Below, piece by piece: positions 24,450-38,700 of a DNA stretch of 64,000 bases (positions are counted from its first letter, which is position 1; every line of letters starts with the position of its first letter). This stretch comes from Eledone cirrhosa. Taxonomy: Eukaryota. A program made the position numbers and the translations under genes. The notes beneath the pieces were generated by a model. That model ran no database searches. It saw only the letters and a program-made list of their open reading frames with translations, and had not been told where the DNA came from. The DNA lies in assembly GCA_964016885.1 (NCBI GenBank), contig OZ024743.1:161076001-161140000 (forward strand), written 5' to 3'.

Positions 24450-26490
24450 TCAGCCAGGTCCATACACGACAATCTCCACCTCATGCGATACATCATAGAG
24501 AGGGTAGGGTGTAAACCTGGCTTCGGTGGGGCGCTGATCAATTTAGATAAATCGAAAGCATTCGATAGGGTCGACCATCGGTATCTGGAGTTTGTCCTCA
24601 AAGCAGCTGGCTTCGGCCCTGTCTTCAGAAGCTGGATCGCTGCAATGCACAGCGGCACACGCTCGGTGGTCAAGGTTAATGGCCACCTCTCAAAACCATT
24701 TCGGCTCTCCAGATCGGTCCGTCAAGTGTGCCTTCTCTCTCTTCCCTTCTGTACGTATTGACTCTCGAGCTTTACTGCGGAAGCTGGAGCTGTTGCAGGG
24801 CATCCCGTTCGAACCGGGACGTGGAAAGGCGGTGTCGGCTTATGCGGACGACATCACCGTGATGGTGTCGAACACCTCAGAAATCGAGGTGGTCGGCACC
24901 TTATTGAAGGAATATGAAAGGTTGACAGGAGCCAAACTTAACCCGTAAAAGTCGGTGGGCTTGAAGCTCGGAACCTGGAGAGGCAAGCCCATGCCGTCCA
25001 ACAGCGTCGTTAGGTGCTGGACGGACGGACCGGTAAAGTTGCTCGGGGTTTGGTTCGGACCAGACCTCCATGTGGAAAAGAATTGGGACGAGCTAACGAG
25101 CAGAGTAGCCAGTCTCACACAAAAATGGGCTGGGAGGAAGCTACCACTGAAAGGTCGCGCGGAGGTAGCGAATGCGTACATGGCGTCCGTCATCTACTAC
25201 CGCCTGACCGTCGTGCCTTGCCCCTGTCCGCGCCTCGTCAAGTTGGAACGGCTCCTCTTCAAATTCTTGTGGAGGGGACAAGTTCCGTTGGTGAGGCGGT
25301 CCATCTGCTGCCAGCACCCTCTACGCGGAGGGCTGGGCATGCCGTGGCTAATGATGCGCAGACATGCGTTGAGGCTGCGACATCTCCAGATATTCTGCCT
25401 CAACAGTGAACAGGTGTGGTCGCCGTTTATCAGACGGGCCTTTCTGCAGTTCATTTCTTTGACTGAGCTGCAGTCCTGGGTCAAGAAGAGACCGAGTCTG
25501 GGTGACTGGCACCTGGAATGTTGCCAGGCACTCACTGCCCTCTACCAAGCAGGCAATGCAATCAGTGGAACTTCCACTCTCGAGTTCTATAGAGGATTAG
25601 TGGTGGGCAAGTGCGATGACGCACTCGGAGAAGCTTTGGCCTCGACGAAGTCGAACTGACGAGTCTGTACCGGAGGACTTTCGAGCCGGGGACGATGGAC
25701 AATTTCCAGAAATCCCTCGCTTGGCAGTGCTACGGGGGAGCACTGCCGGTTCGGGATAAACTCTACAGGCACAGAAGTGCTGTCAGACGGACCTGCCCAA
25801 GATGCGCACAGAACGACGAAACCGTTCTGCACGCACTTGTCCAATGTCCGTGCATTACTGACTTGTGGAGTTATGTCGAACAGCTACTGTCGGGTGTGGA
25901 ACGAATCCGGCTATCGCCCGAGTCCATAGTGATGATCGACCCGCTGCCTTCCTTAGGTCAGGAAGAGCAGGAAATTTTCCTCTGTCTGGTGGCAGTTGCG
26001 AAAGAGGTTATATGGTGGACGAGGTTAAAAGGACTGAAGACAGACACTTTTCTCTTCGCCCAATCCCTCATCAACATCTTCAAGTTTCACCTGGAAAGGA
26101 AGGTGAGGGTGGAGAGAGAATTGCTGCCCCCCAGTACATTTGCTAAAAGGTGGATGAATGTGGCGAGAATGGCTCGTGTGAATGGGCCTACTCTGACCAT
26201 GCGCCTATAGGCTAGCTAACTTGAGGAGAGGGGTGCTCTCCCTTGGTGCCCTAGAAGCGCAGGGTGGTTCAGGATTGGTGGAGTACCCGAGTCACCCCAG
26301 GGTCGTCTACCCCCTATCGGGGAATTTATTTTGTTATATTTATGCATAGTTTATTTAATATTTTTATATCTTCATTGTTAAATTAGTCTTGCCGTTGTGC
26401 ACTTTTACTCGACCTTATTGTAAAGCCCCACTGTCCCTGTCTTTGTATTGTCCCCTACATCTCGGACCTTGTGGCTAATAAATGAAAGAA
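24450..26490 (+). mobile_element. 5'-truncated Tx1/L1-clade LINE (RT C-half, zinc knuckle, 3' UTR)
   Basis: LINLDKSKAFDRVDH, SVRQ, SAYADDIT, VKLLGVWF, GGLG, CPRC..ETVLHALVQC, aataaa near the end; frameshifted. Confidence 0.88.
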
Positions 26491-26690
26491 TTGGCAGTAT
26501 CGGTAGAGGGTCGGACGCCATGCTTTGACGCATAGAATTACGGCCCTTGCCATTCTGAGTTCAAATCCCGCCGAGGTTAACTTTGCCTTTCATCCTTACG
26601 AGGTCGATAAAATAAAGTACCAGTAATACACTGGGTTAAGTTCTGGCCTTGTGCCAAAGGTAGAAACAATTATTATCATTATTATTGTTT
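26491..26690 (+). mobile_element. tRNA-derived SINE with (ATT)n tail
   Basis: A box tggcagtatcgg, B box gagttcaaatcc; 3' part repeated at 28361-28475. Confidence 0.8.
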
Positions 26691-26815
26691 TTCCTTTTCG
26701 TTCAGTATTGTTTCCGATATATGCCGAGTATCTTCCTGACACCTAGGGCAAATAAATTCACTGTATACATTGGCAAGCGAGTTAATACACCACATTGATT
26801 ATAATTTACAGCTTT

Positions 26816-26879
<64 letters not shown>

Positions 26880-26882
<3 letters not shown>

Positions 26883-27857
26883 AAGTATGTATGTATACGT
26901 ACATACATATATGTATACAGACGTACAGTAGCATGTATATATATATATATATATATATACATATATACATACAGGCACACATATATATATGTACGTATCA
27001 GTTTAGCGAACATTTATTATAATGTCCGCTTTGTTCGTTTGTAAACAAACGGACAGCCTGATTTATGCCGTACGGTGTTAAGGCAACCACGTCACCTTTT
27101 TGTTCAACACTGACACAGGAACGATGTACTAGTTTCAAGCTTGTTAGCTATCGTCAGCACCGTATACCCTTCTGCCAGATGGTTGAACGTTCGAAAGTAT
27201 ATACTTTCCTTATGAAAATTAACGGCTGAGCAGCCGAATTTGCATATCGAGTGAGTTCAGTCGGCCAGGCGTACCGAAAACGATAAAATGGAATAGAATG
27301 AAATGAAATTTCATTTCTCACTCTTAGTACGGCACTTACTTAAATGTAAGTATGTATGTATACGTACATACATATATGTATACAGACGTACAGTAGCATG
27401 TATATATGTATATATATACATATATACATACAGGCACACATATATATATGTACGTATCAGTTTAGCGAACATTTATTATAATGTTCGCTTTGTTCGTTTG
27501 TAAACAATGGCAGAAGGGTATACGGTGCTGACGATAGCTAACAAGCTTGAAACTAGTACATCGTTCCTGTGTCAGTGTTGAACAAAAAGGTGACGTGGTT
27601 GCCTTAACACCGTACGGCATAAATCAGGCTGTCCGTTTGTTTACAAACGAACAAAGCGAACATTATAATAAATGTTCGCTAAACTGATACGTACATATAT
27701 ATATATGTGTGCCTGTATGTATATATGTATATATATATATATATATACATGCTACTGTACGTCTGTATACATATATGTATGTACGCATACATACATACTT
27801 ACATTTAAGTAAGTGCCGTACTAAGAGTGAGAAATGAAATTTCATTTCATTCTATTC

Positions 27858-27863
<6 letters not shown>
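26880..27863. mobile_element. ~465-nt HHR-bearing repeat: ~1.35 units on the minus strand joined to an inverted partial copy
   Basis: gtaagtatgtatgtatacg at 26881 and 27346; inversion junction ~27507; (TA)n on both sides. Confidence 0.8.
27522..27564 (+). ncRNA. Minimal type I hammerhead ribozyme (mirror copy 27121-27163, minus strand)
   Basis: ACGGTG-CTGACGA-t-AGCT-aaca-AGCT-t-GAAAC-ta-GTA^-CATCGT; palindromic stem III ACTAGT. Confidence 0.85.
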
Positions 27864-27932
<69 letters not shown>

Positions 27933-28475
27933 GAGGTTATATTTAATTTGTTCGGCTTCAACAAGCTTAATAATTTTTATAACTGATATAAAGTGTTCTC
28001 TCTCCCTCACATATTACCTTCTTCCAACAGTTTAATTTACATAAATCGTTATCGTTTCAACCTTTCGGACACTCATTTCCATACTCAATCATAATTTTCT
28101 ATCACCCTCAATAAATGTAATATCTCCACTATCCAGGAAGCTCCAACCGTTAAGGTTGTTTTTTTTCAGGGTATGTCAATATTTATTTATAAAGCAAATC
28201 TGTATTGTATTTTATCTGATGAAAGCGCGCCATAATTTGCTTTGGTGGCCCTTGAAATATGTATATTAAAATAAATATGGTTTTATAAATATAGTTTCCA
28301 TTTGTTAATATATTGTATATATATATATATATATATTATTATTATTATTATAATATATATTTGACTTTGCCTTTCATCCTTACGGGGTCGATAAAATAAA
28401 GTACCAGTAATGCACTGGGTAATTGCTGGCCTTGTGCCTAAAGTAGAAACAATTATTATTATTATTATTATTATT

Positions 28476-31400
28476 GGTCTGTTCGGGTGTCTTTTTGCAC
28501 ACTCCCTGTAAGTCGCTTTATTTACCTGTTATAATTATTTGTTGTTAAATTTTTCTTGTTGTGTAAGGGATATAAGCCCTTTGACTTTGCCCTGTGAAGG
28601 GGAAAGTATAATATTTGGGCCTTTTGGCCCAAATGTTTGAACATTTTACTTTTAAAAATTGCACCTCAGCAATATGTCTGCTGTCGCGTGACAACGGCGT
28701 AAAAGTTGAGAGGAGGGTTAGTGAAATTCATACAACAAATACCACCACAAACAACGTGAACAAAGATAACAACACTGAGAACACTCATTTTGAAAAAGAT
28801 TACCGCACCAACTACAACAATAACAGCGTCAACCAAAATACAGACAACAGAAAAAGGTGACAACAAATGCAACAACGATATTAACACCACTAACAAGAAA
28901 ATAAACAACAACAACACCAACAGCAACAATACAAATTGCACTGAAAACAACACCAACGGTGGCACCAAAAACACAACCAACTACAACAGTGATAACAGCA
29001 ACAACACCAACAACACCGTTTGTAGCAGTAGCAAGAGCAACAGAACCAACAACAAGACCAGTAGCAGCAGTAACAGCAGCAATAATGGTTCCGCTGAAAA
29101 AGGGGCCACTTCTTTCGCAGGTGTGGCCCGAAATATAGAGACAGTGCTAGTCGCGGAGGAGTAGATGGCAGTCGCAAGAGCCATGGTGACAAGAAATGAC
29201 AATAGAGTTACCATGAAACCTCCACCCGATTTTTTCAAAGACCAGTAGCTGCGCACGGGGAATTACCGCACCGTAAGCAAAATGTCACATCGGGTGGAGA
29301 GAGCCACAGCAGTTCAAATCCAAAAGGCCTTGTGGTGCGTCTGGGCACGCAAAACCTGCATCACCCGAGGCAAAAAGTACGCCACAGTAGACGTACTTTT
29401 CGCCACCCGCCAAGAGGCAAAGTTTCACTCTTTGGAAACCCTAAAGAGTGACGTCTAGAGACCGTTCTTGGTTTCTTTAGTGTTAGAGGGCGACTGGAAC
29501 GGTATCTTAGATGCACGCTGGGATTATGTGGGGCTAGTAGACAGGACAGGAGGGTGTAAAAGCCTCAACAACCTGCTCAGACGTTTTGAAATGTCTGACA
29601 GGAATCGACTGGATTATCCGAATGTGCCAATGTGGACATGGGCAAACCGCATCGGGTCATCCAGATCGTATTTAGATAGGGTATTCTGTAGGGAAACATA
29701 TAAGGCTAGCTTAGGTTGTCCACAATTTAAAGTAGTCGACTACACTAACCACAAATTTGAGATCTATGAAGTTGACTTAGATAGACTCCATAGGCAAGGG
29801 CCCGGCTACTGGAAGCTGAACCCGCGTTTCCGGCGCGAAAATCTTACAGAGACCGGATTAGCGAATTAGTTAAGCGTCCGTTGACGGGTCCGATCGTCAA
29901 CAACAGGTGGTGGTTTACCCTGAAAAGGGCTATTAGAGTAGAATCGATAAAGTTTAGCAAAGGAGTAGTGATAGAGGAAAATAGAGTAGAGAGAGAGTTA
30001 GTTAGAAAGCTAGAAGAGGCGTTTAGGACAGGCATCGCAACCGACGTGCTTGCGGCGAGATTGGCACTAGACCAATTCTTCAACGCAAAGCATGAAAGCT
30101 GCGTTGTCAGAGCTAGAGCGCGTACTCTAAGACACGAGTTGAAGAAAGCCGTTCAATGGGCCGGGGTGGTGGAGGCGCGATGTGGCCACAAGTCCACAAT
30201 TCGGTCTTTGCCTGATCAAAACGGGCGCATGTTGCTCGAACCCGAGCAGATGGTGCGGCTTTTCAACAGCACTTTGCTCAATTGTTCGGGAGAGGCGGGG
30301 GCCCGGATCGGAATATGGACTTCGGTGCATATCTCGACGGACTGCTGCGGCTCTCGAAGACTGCAGCGCAGTGCTGCGAAAAGCCGATAACAGCAGGTGA
30401 AATACGGGAAGCGATGTCTGACTGCACGAGAGGTAAATCGCCAGGTTTGGATGGTCTTCCCTACGAGCTTTATGCTAATATGCCAGACTTGTTCGGCGAC
30501 CTCTTGGCAGATGTCCACTGCAACTGGCAGCAGAACGGGAGCATTCCCAGTATTGTGAGCCGGGGAGCGATGGCACTCCTGAGAAAAGACCCGAACAAGG
30601 GGGAATTTAGAGACGACTTCAGGCCCATAACTCTGCTAAAAGCAGAGTTTAAAATTTTGGCCAAGGTGTTAGCAAAGTGATTGGCGCTTTTCATCTGTGA
30701 TCTGGTGGGAGAGGCGCAGACATATGCCATTCTGGACAGATCCATTCACGACAACCTCCATCTCATGCGATACATCATAGAGAGGGTGGTTACGGAACAT
30801 GGCACGGGTGGGGCCCTAATCAACTTGGATCAATCTAAAGCATTTGATAGGGTCGACCATCGGTACCTGGCTGCGGTATTCGAGGCGGCCGGCTTCGGGC
30901 CCGTTTTTAGGGGCTGGATCGCTGCGATGCACAGCGACATCTGCTCGATTGTGAATGTGATTGGTCACCTGTCGCAGCCTTTCATCATCATGCGCTCGGT
31001 CCGCCAGGGTTCCCTCCTCTCGTCCCTCTTGTACGTACTGGCCCTCGAGTTGTTACTGCACAAATTGGAGATGATGAGGGAGGTTCACTCGAACTGAGAT
31101 ACGGGAGATTCGTTTCAGCTTACGCCGACGACGTCACCGTGGTGGTGTCGAGCACCAAACACGTCCAGAGGCTCGGCATCGCTCTCAAGGAATACGAAGC
31201 GGTGGGAGGAGCAAAGATAAACCAGGAAAGGTCGGTAGGCTTGCAACTCGGCACCTGGATAGGCAAGTCCATGCCGTCCGACAGCGTCGTGGGGCGCTGG
31301 ACGAAAGGACCGGTGAAATTGCTCGGGGTCTGGTTCGGTCTGGACCTCCAGATGGAGAAAAACTGGAGCGAGGTCACAAGCAGGGTGCCCTCTCTCACTC

Positions 31401-32755
31401 AGACATGGGCCGAGAGGAGGCTGTCTCTGAAAAGTCGGGCGGAGGTGGCGAATGCGTACATAGCGTCCGTCATCTGCTACCACCTGACCGTCGTACCTTG
31501 CCTCCGCCCAACTCTGACCAAAATGGAGCGCCTTCTCTTCCGCTTTTTGTGGAAAGGACGTTCTCCCATGGACAGACGATCCATTTGCTGTCAACACCCG
31601 TTGTGTGGAGGACTAGGCATACCATGGCTGATGATGTGCAAACATGCGCTGAGGCTGCGACATCTCTGGTGTTTCCTTGACGGTGAACAGGTGTGGTCGC
31701 CGTTTGCCAGACGCGCTTTTTCCCAGCTCGTTTCCTTGACGGAGCTGCAGTCCTGGATCAGGAAAAGACCGAGGGATAGCGCTTGGAAGCTGGAATGTCA
31801 CCAAGCGCTCACCGCTCTCTACCAGCTGGGCACTAGTATCGGTGGAACATCCACCTCGGCGTTCCATAGAGGGCTAGTCGAGGGAAAGAGCGACGACGTT
31901 CTCGGGGAGACCCTGGGCATCGAAGACGAACAGCTGTTCGCTCTCTTCAAGAGAACTTTCAGACCAGGGCCTATGGATAACTTCCAGAAATCCCTGGCCT
32001 GGCAGTGCTTCCGGGGAGCGTTGCCGGTTCGGGATTAGCTCTAAAGGAACGGAGGTGCTGTCAGCCGAGCCTGTCCGAGATGCGCGCAGGACGACGAAAC
32101 CGTCCTGCACGCACTCGCTCAGTGCCCGAGGATTGCTGACTTGTGGAGCTATGTCGAACAGCTGCTGTCGCGTGTAGGACGGATCCGGTTATCGACTGAG
32201 TCCATTGTGCAGATAGCTCTGTGATCCTCCTTTAAAGAGGAGGAAGGGCAGGCAGTTTTCATGTACCTGGTGGCCATGGCGAAATAGATTGTGTGGTGGA
32301 CAAGGTTGAAAGCGTTGAATACGGACACTTTCCTCTCCGGCGAATCCCTGATAAACTTTTTTAAGTTTCACTTGAAGAGGAAAATCAGGGTGGAGAGGCA
32401 AGTGCTATCTTCTAGTAAGTTTGTTGAAAGGTGGGTGAAAATGGCGAGTCTGCTCCGAGTGAACGGGCCCGCTCTGAGTATACGCCTGTAGACTGAGTAG
32501 TGGGAAAGGTGGGAGAGGGCGCTTGCCCTGGTGGTCAGGGTTGCCGTCGTCTTTTGTGTGGTTTTCACCACGAGTGACCCTCGGAGGTTTCCCTCTTCTT
32601 CGGGAATTTTTGTTGTTTGAATTTTTTTGGGATTTCTAGCCCGATTTTGTTATAACCTGTTTATACGACCAAAACCCACTTTGTATCATCTTGTACTGTT
32701 CTTTATGTCTCTAATGTTTTTCTTCATGTTAGCCCTTATGGCCAATAAAGAAACC
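28476..32755 (+). mobile_element. Tx1/L1-clade LINE relic (low-complexity ORF1 remnant, partial APE, RT, zinc knuckle) inserted in the (ATT)n tail of a SINE
   Basis: GDWN, WTW, SYLDR, GPGYWKLN, KSPGLDGLPYELY, FRPITLL, LDQSKAFDRVDH, YADD, CPRC; (ATT)n on both sides; many stops. Confidence 0.88.
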
Positions 32756-32769
32756 ATTATTATTATTAA

Positions 32770-32824
<55 letters not shown>

Positions 32825-33698
32825 GTTATTATTTTTATTTTCTTTCATTATTGTTTCTGAGATATATGCCGAGTGTCTTCCTGACACCTAGGGCAAATAA
32901 ATTCACAGTGTGCATTAGTAAGCCAGTTAATACAGCACATTGATTATAATTATAATGTGGGTTAGGAAAAAGAAAGATAAAGAAAAGATGTTATGAAAGT
33001 GTATAAAGGAAATTAAGATGTTTGAAGATCAGTCGAATTTGTTTGCTTTTGAGATGGAGGTATCCTCTAAAACATTTGTTCTTTGAATTCAAATGATTAT
33101 TGTTAGAGTAGTATAGATTAAAGATAAAGCAAAACATTTTTGTTTTCACCCTAAACTGGAGCTTCTGAAACTGAGAATAAATATTTCAAAAAATTGATGT
33201 AAATATTTCAAAAAAAGTTACAACCAAATACTGCCTTTGAAAGACAGCAAGACATGGCGGTGGTACGAGAAGATATTCTTTTGAAATGTGCCAAGAAAAT
33301 TACGTCATGAAGCGAGGAAAACAACTTTTTGCTAATGAAAAATAATATTTCTGCTATGAAAAAATCAGGAGACTAATATTCATTTTAGAATAGCCGAATG
33401 GTTTCCAACTACCATACATGGAAAATCATGTCAATAAAAGTAAAATCATTAAACAATAAAAACTGCAGGAATTAATAAGAGTAAAAGTAAAAGTAATAAT
33501 GAGAACATTAATAGTATTGTTTTCGGATCTAGGCCGACCGGTGCGGATACATGCGTAAACGAAGATATAGTGAATAAAAATTATACATACACGTATGTAT
33601 ACTCGCTCATATACGCATATAATGTACACACACGCGTGCATATACATATATACACACGTATACATACATAAATATGCGCATACACCTACTTACAAATA

Positions 33699-33797
<99 letters not shown>

Positions 33798-33858
33798 TAT
33801 ATATATATATAACAAGAAGTGTAAGTTAGGTTAAAATTAAATTCGTTTATTCATATTC

Positions 33859-33917
33859 GTTGCAATATATATTTCGGTGATAACCATTATTCGACAGTTT
33901 TGACCTCATCAGGCAGC
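33859..33917 (-). ncRNA. Hammerhead-like motif in a pLTR-like relic
   Basis: gctgc-CTGATGA-GGT...ACC-GAAAT-atat-ATT^-gcaac; one mismatch in stem I. Confidence 0.5.
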
Positions 33918-35152
33918 TAGGACTTGGACAGAAAAAAACAGGGAAACAGATGATGGAATAAAGTTTACCTTGTTAATTCGTTAATATGCCAAGATCCGAA
34001 ATGTAGCGTTGTTTATTCAAAGAACTGGTGGCATATGAACTAAAATGAACGAATTCGAGCATCCAAAGTGTATACCTTCCTCTCATTGGTCAAATACTAT
34101 CTTAAGAGGTCAGTTGTTCTTGAAGCAGGTCAGCCTGCTGGGGTTGATTTTAACAATCAGCTATAATAACTGCACATGTTTTGGTCTAGTTGACCTATTT
34201 TACTATAATGGTGGTATTGTAAACAGGTCAGCCATTTTGCGGTAGTATTGTAGTTGCTAGTGAAGAATTCATGCGTGTAACCCGATATGGGTTCATCTGA
34301 GAGTGTGAAGATTATCCATATCCTGATAGTAGGAGATGTTACAATTATAACTGTAGGTGTTAAATTCTATACGTGTAAAAATGTTTAAGTCTTACAAATT
34401 AATAAGTGTTAAAATTTATAATCGATATTTTAACATTTAGTACATACCAACAAATAGAAATCTACGTAACCCCGCACGTATACACATATTTACATGCTTG
34501 CACACACACACACACACATACACTTACATCTATACATTCACATACATCTATACCTAAACATATCTGTGTACACATATATACAAACACACATACAAGTACA
34601 TACAAACACATATGTTTATACGTACACACATACACAGACACACATGTACCCTTTGGAGGGGTGAGAAAAGAAATAATAGGTACGTCTTATTTATTTATCA
34701 CTGTTAGTACTGACTTTTGTGCGTGAAAGGGGTTGGGTTTGAGGTAGCTTGTACTTGGGAGAACTGGATCACGGCCCGGGGGTGGATGGTGAAGTCTGGT
34801 GGTCGGAAATGTGGGGTACATGGAGACACCCAGGGTATGACCCTGCCAACGCATATTATCTCGCTAATTAGCTAGTGGCGATTTTCTTGGGTCAGAACTA
34901 AGGAAGTTAGAATGAAGGGTGAATGCACTTCGTTGAGTGCTCTAACCTGCATACTGAAGTATCGGAAAGCAACCAACACATACACACACACATATATGTG
35001 TGTGTATGTATATACATACACATACGCATACATATATATATATATATGTACACATATACATATATATGCATATATATATACACATATATATACACACATA
35101 TACATATCTATACATATATACACATACATACACAAACATACATACATAGATA

Positions 35153-35566
35153 CATGGTGGCTGCCAACTCGTTTTCGAATACGGCCACTACTTTATATCC
35201 ATGTAGGAGAACCCCTACCGATGCGCTGAACGAGTGTGACTTTTTAGTCCAGCCAGCGAATTGAAAACTCTGGTACAAACACTACACCTGTGACAATTAT
35301 TGACACATAGTGCTGGGCCCATGGTACCATGTGACGACAAGTGCAGAGAGATCTCCAGATATAAAGCAATGCCTGTGTCGTGAAGCTTTTATAGTGAGCA
35401 AAGGCACTGCACAAAGCCAGTCCCACTCTCTTAACCAAGATGATATTTACCAAAAAGAAGAACAAATCAACATCATTGGATACCATCAGGGTTGCAGGTG
35501 ATATATCAGAGTTTTCCTTCTCCTAGAATTCTGCCTTGTCAAAAGCTAAGGGGTCATCTCTCCCGG
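35153..35566 (-). mobile_element. Short non-autonomous RTE-derived element, family A (other copies 44881-45314, 48633-49115, 51287-51437, 51520-52128)
   Basis: Highly similar copies with variable 5' truncation and a shared 3' end gagttggcagccaccatg-(tatg)n; 3' part encodes [17 protein letters not shown]. Confidence 0.8.
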
Positions 35567-35679
35567 ATACATACATACATACATACATACATACATACAT
35601 ACATACATACATACATACATACACACATACATACATACATACATACATACATACACACATACATACATACATACATACA

Positions 35680-35713
<34 letters not shown>

Positions 35714-35719
35714 CATACA

Positions 35720-38700
35720 ATGGCGACCGTTGTGGTCAGTGTCCGATAATTGGACGTGTGTAATTACGGCTTACATGAAGGCAACATACCATATATTGGA
35801 AAAAGTTGAGCTACATTACGCGGTAAGATTACATACAATAATTCTACATAAGTGTTTGAACTGTAAGTGTGTTGTAAAACACCTATTTATATGAACGATA
35901 CATACACTTATGATATATGAACGATACATACACTTTAACATATAAATGCAACGTTGTTATATTACATTTATAAAGAAATATAAAAGTAACGTTTTCGATT
36001 CAGAAACAAAAATATAAGTGTTTGAACTGTGAATGTTGTGAATATGTTGTAGAACACCTATTTATATGAATGATACATAAACTTTAACATATAAATACAG
36101 CATTGTTATATTATATTACATTCGTAAAGGAATATACTAAGTAACGGTTCTTTTTGTTCTCGATTCAAACGATTCAAGAACAACGTTTAAAACACAGTTG
36201 TAGAATTAAAAACTAACTGAAAAGAAATATTACCCAAGCTGTGAATAACTTTAAATTTGATTCTGACAGAACTTTGTCGTAACTTTTAAAGAAGATCATC
36301 GACTATTTAAAAAAAATAAATACAAAATATTAGTGAATAGACGAACTCATCATGGCAAAAAGTACAAGTCTCCTTCGACCAAATCGCAATTACAACCGTT
36401 GTATACAGTGGAGCTACGAGCTTAACAAAGAATTATATGAAGCATACAAACAATCTGAACCCCAAAAGTTCGGTTTTATGCAAAGGCTAAAAACTTTATG
36501 GAACTCCAAACACCCAGAATTAGACTTTTCTCCAAAGCATCTAAATGAACAGGCAAAACGTATCATTAGATGTAAATTGATACATCTAACGGAATCGAGT
36601 GATACTACAAATACAGCCCTTGTAGACAACCACCCCACCTCCACTGACAGACAAAGAGAATGGCCGGCTAAATCTAACAGTGAACAGCTCACCAACAATT
36701 TTGCTGAAATCCATCCCACTTCCACTGAAGAACAGCGAGAAAGGTCAGCTGACTCTAGTAGTAATTGTCACCACATCAACAACGAGGCTGCAATTCATGA
36801 CTCTACTGAACAAACAGAGCACCAAAAACTTGTGGGCACCCTACAAGTGATATGGAACGATATGTTTCAAGAGATACACAGCCTTAATGTGAGTGACAGA
36901 CCATACAACACTAGAGTCAGTAAAGAACCCACTAAATTGGAATTGGAAGCGGTGAACGAAATAGCTGGCAATTATCTGAAGGCTATACGATCTAAAGGTG
37001 TAGAAACGACATTTGAAACGCTCAATGTTTTGTTATATGTTTCAGCTGTCACATTGCTATCATATAACACACATCTAAAACCACGCAATCAAGATACAAA
37101 CAGAAAGCCTGAACCAGCGTGGATGCGAAATTTAAAAACCAAAATTTTGTCCCTGAGACGAAGTATCTCACACATCGCAGTCGTTATGAAATGCAACATA
37201 GAGAGAAACTTCACACGACACCAGGAAGACCTAAAGAAAAAGTTAGAGAGACGATTTGGAGATACCAAATTTAAAACTTTGAACTCCAAATTACACCAGT
37301 TGAAACAACAACTCACAGCTACAACAGAAAGACTAAAATATAAGTCAACAGCCCATAAACGACAAGTGCTAAATAGATTGTTTGCCAGAGATCCTAAATC
37401 AGTTTATCGCAGCTTCGGTGGCAAAAGCTCAATCCCTGTAAACGACACCCCTTCAAAAGAACAGGTTGAGAACTACTGGAGATCTGTATGGGAAACGGAT
37501 GACGGATTCAACAGACAAGCTAATTGGCTAAAACAACTGGAACAGGACTACTGCCAACATGTCTAGACAAAACAATATGACATAGATGGGTCAATACTGG
37601 AAACAGCTCTACAGAAAATGTCGAATAGGAAATCGCCAGGCCCAGACCTCATTACAGGATACTGGTTGAAGAATTTCACTTTCTATCGGCAAGATCTCAT
37701 ACGGCTGTTTACAGAAACCATTAAGGGCACACAAGAACTGCCCAGATGGTTATCAACTGCCACTACTCTCCTCATTCCCAAAAATAGCCAAACCACCCTT
37801 GCTAAAAATTACCGCCCAATTGCCTGCCAAAACATCATGTATAAATTATATACTGGGTGCCTTAACCTGTTCTTACAGGATCACTGTGCTACCAACAACA
37901 TCATAACACCTGAGCAAGCTGGTGGAAAGAGGGAGGTGTGGGGTTGCATAGATCACCTACTAACTAACAAAATGATTCAGGAAAAAACAACAAAGAATCG
38001 CAGAAACATGACTGTCGTGTGGCTGGACTATCAAAAAGCATTTGATAGTGTACCTCATGGGTGGATTATTAAGGCTTTACAGTTAGCTAAAGTCCCACAA
38101 CCATTAGTAGCTGCTGTTGAACGCCTGACCAAGAACTGGTACACCAATTTGATCCTTAGAGGTGAGAAGGAGCAGGTTAAGACTGATAGGATACATTACC
38201 AGAAGGGCATCTTTCAGGGTGATAGCTTGTCAGTACTACTCTTCGTTCTCTCACTGAATCCACTATCTTACCTACTCAGGAAACAAGGTGGACAAAGAAG
38301 TGGGCCCAGAAGTATCTCCCATCTTTTCTTTGTTGATGACCTGAAGTTGTATGGGCCAAATATCAATGACATCAAGAAACAATTGGACCTCATTACACAA
38401 TTTTCAACCGACATCAAAATGAAATTTGGTGAGTCCAAGTGTGCATATTTGGCAGTAAAACGTGGAAGAGCTGTGCCCTCCTCTAGAAATCTAGATATGA
38501 ACGGCCTGACAATACAACCTCTGCAGTCAGGTGACAACTACAGATATCTTGGACAGGATGAGAATGTCAGATATGATGGACCCATAAATAAGGAGAGAAC
38601 CAGAACTGAATACCTCAGAAGAGTAAAAAAAATATGGTCATCAGAACTGTCAGCATACAACAAATACATTGCCCACAATACCTATGCTGTGCCAATTATA

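Noticed and set aside
28790-29164. Asn/Thr-rich ORF as a host protein
   Set aside because: Low-complexity (AAC)n-rich sequence in the 5' part of the Tx1-like relic
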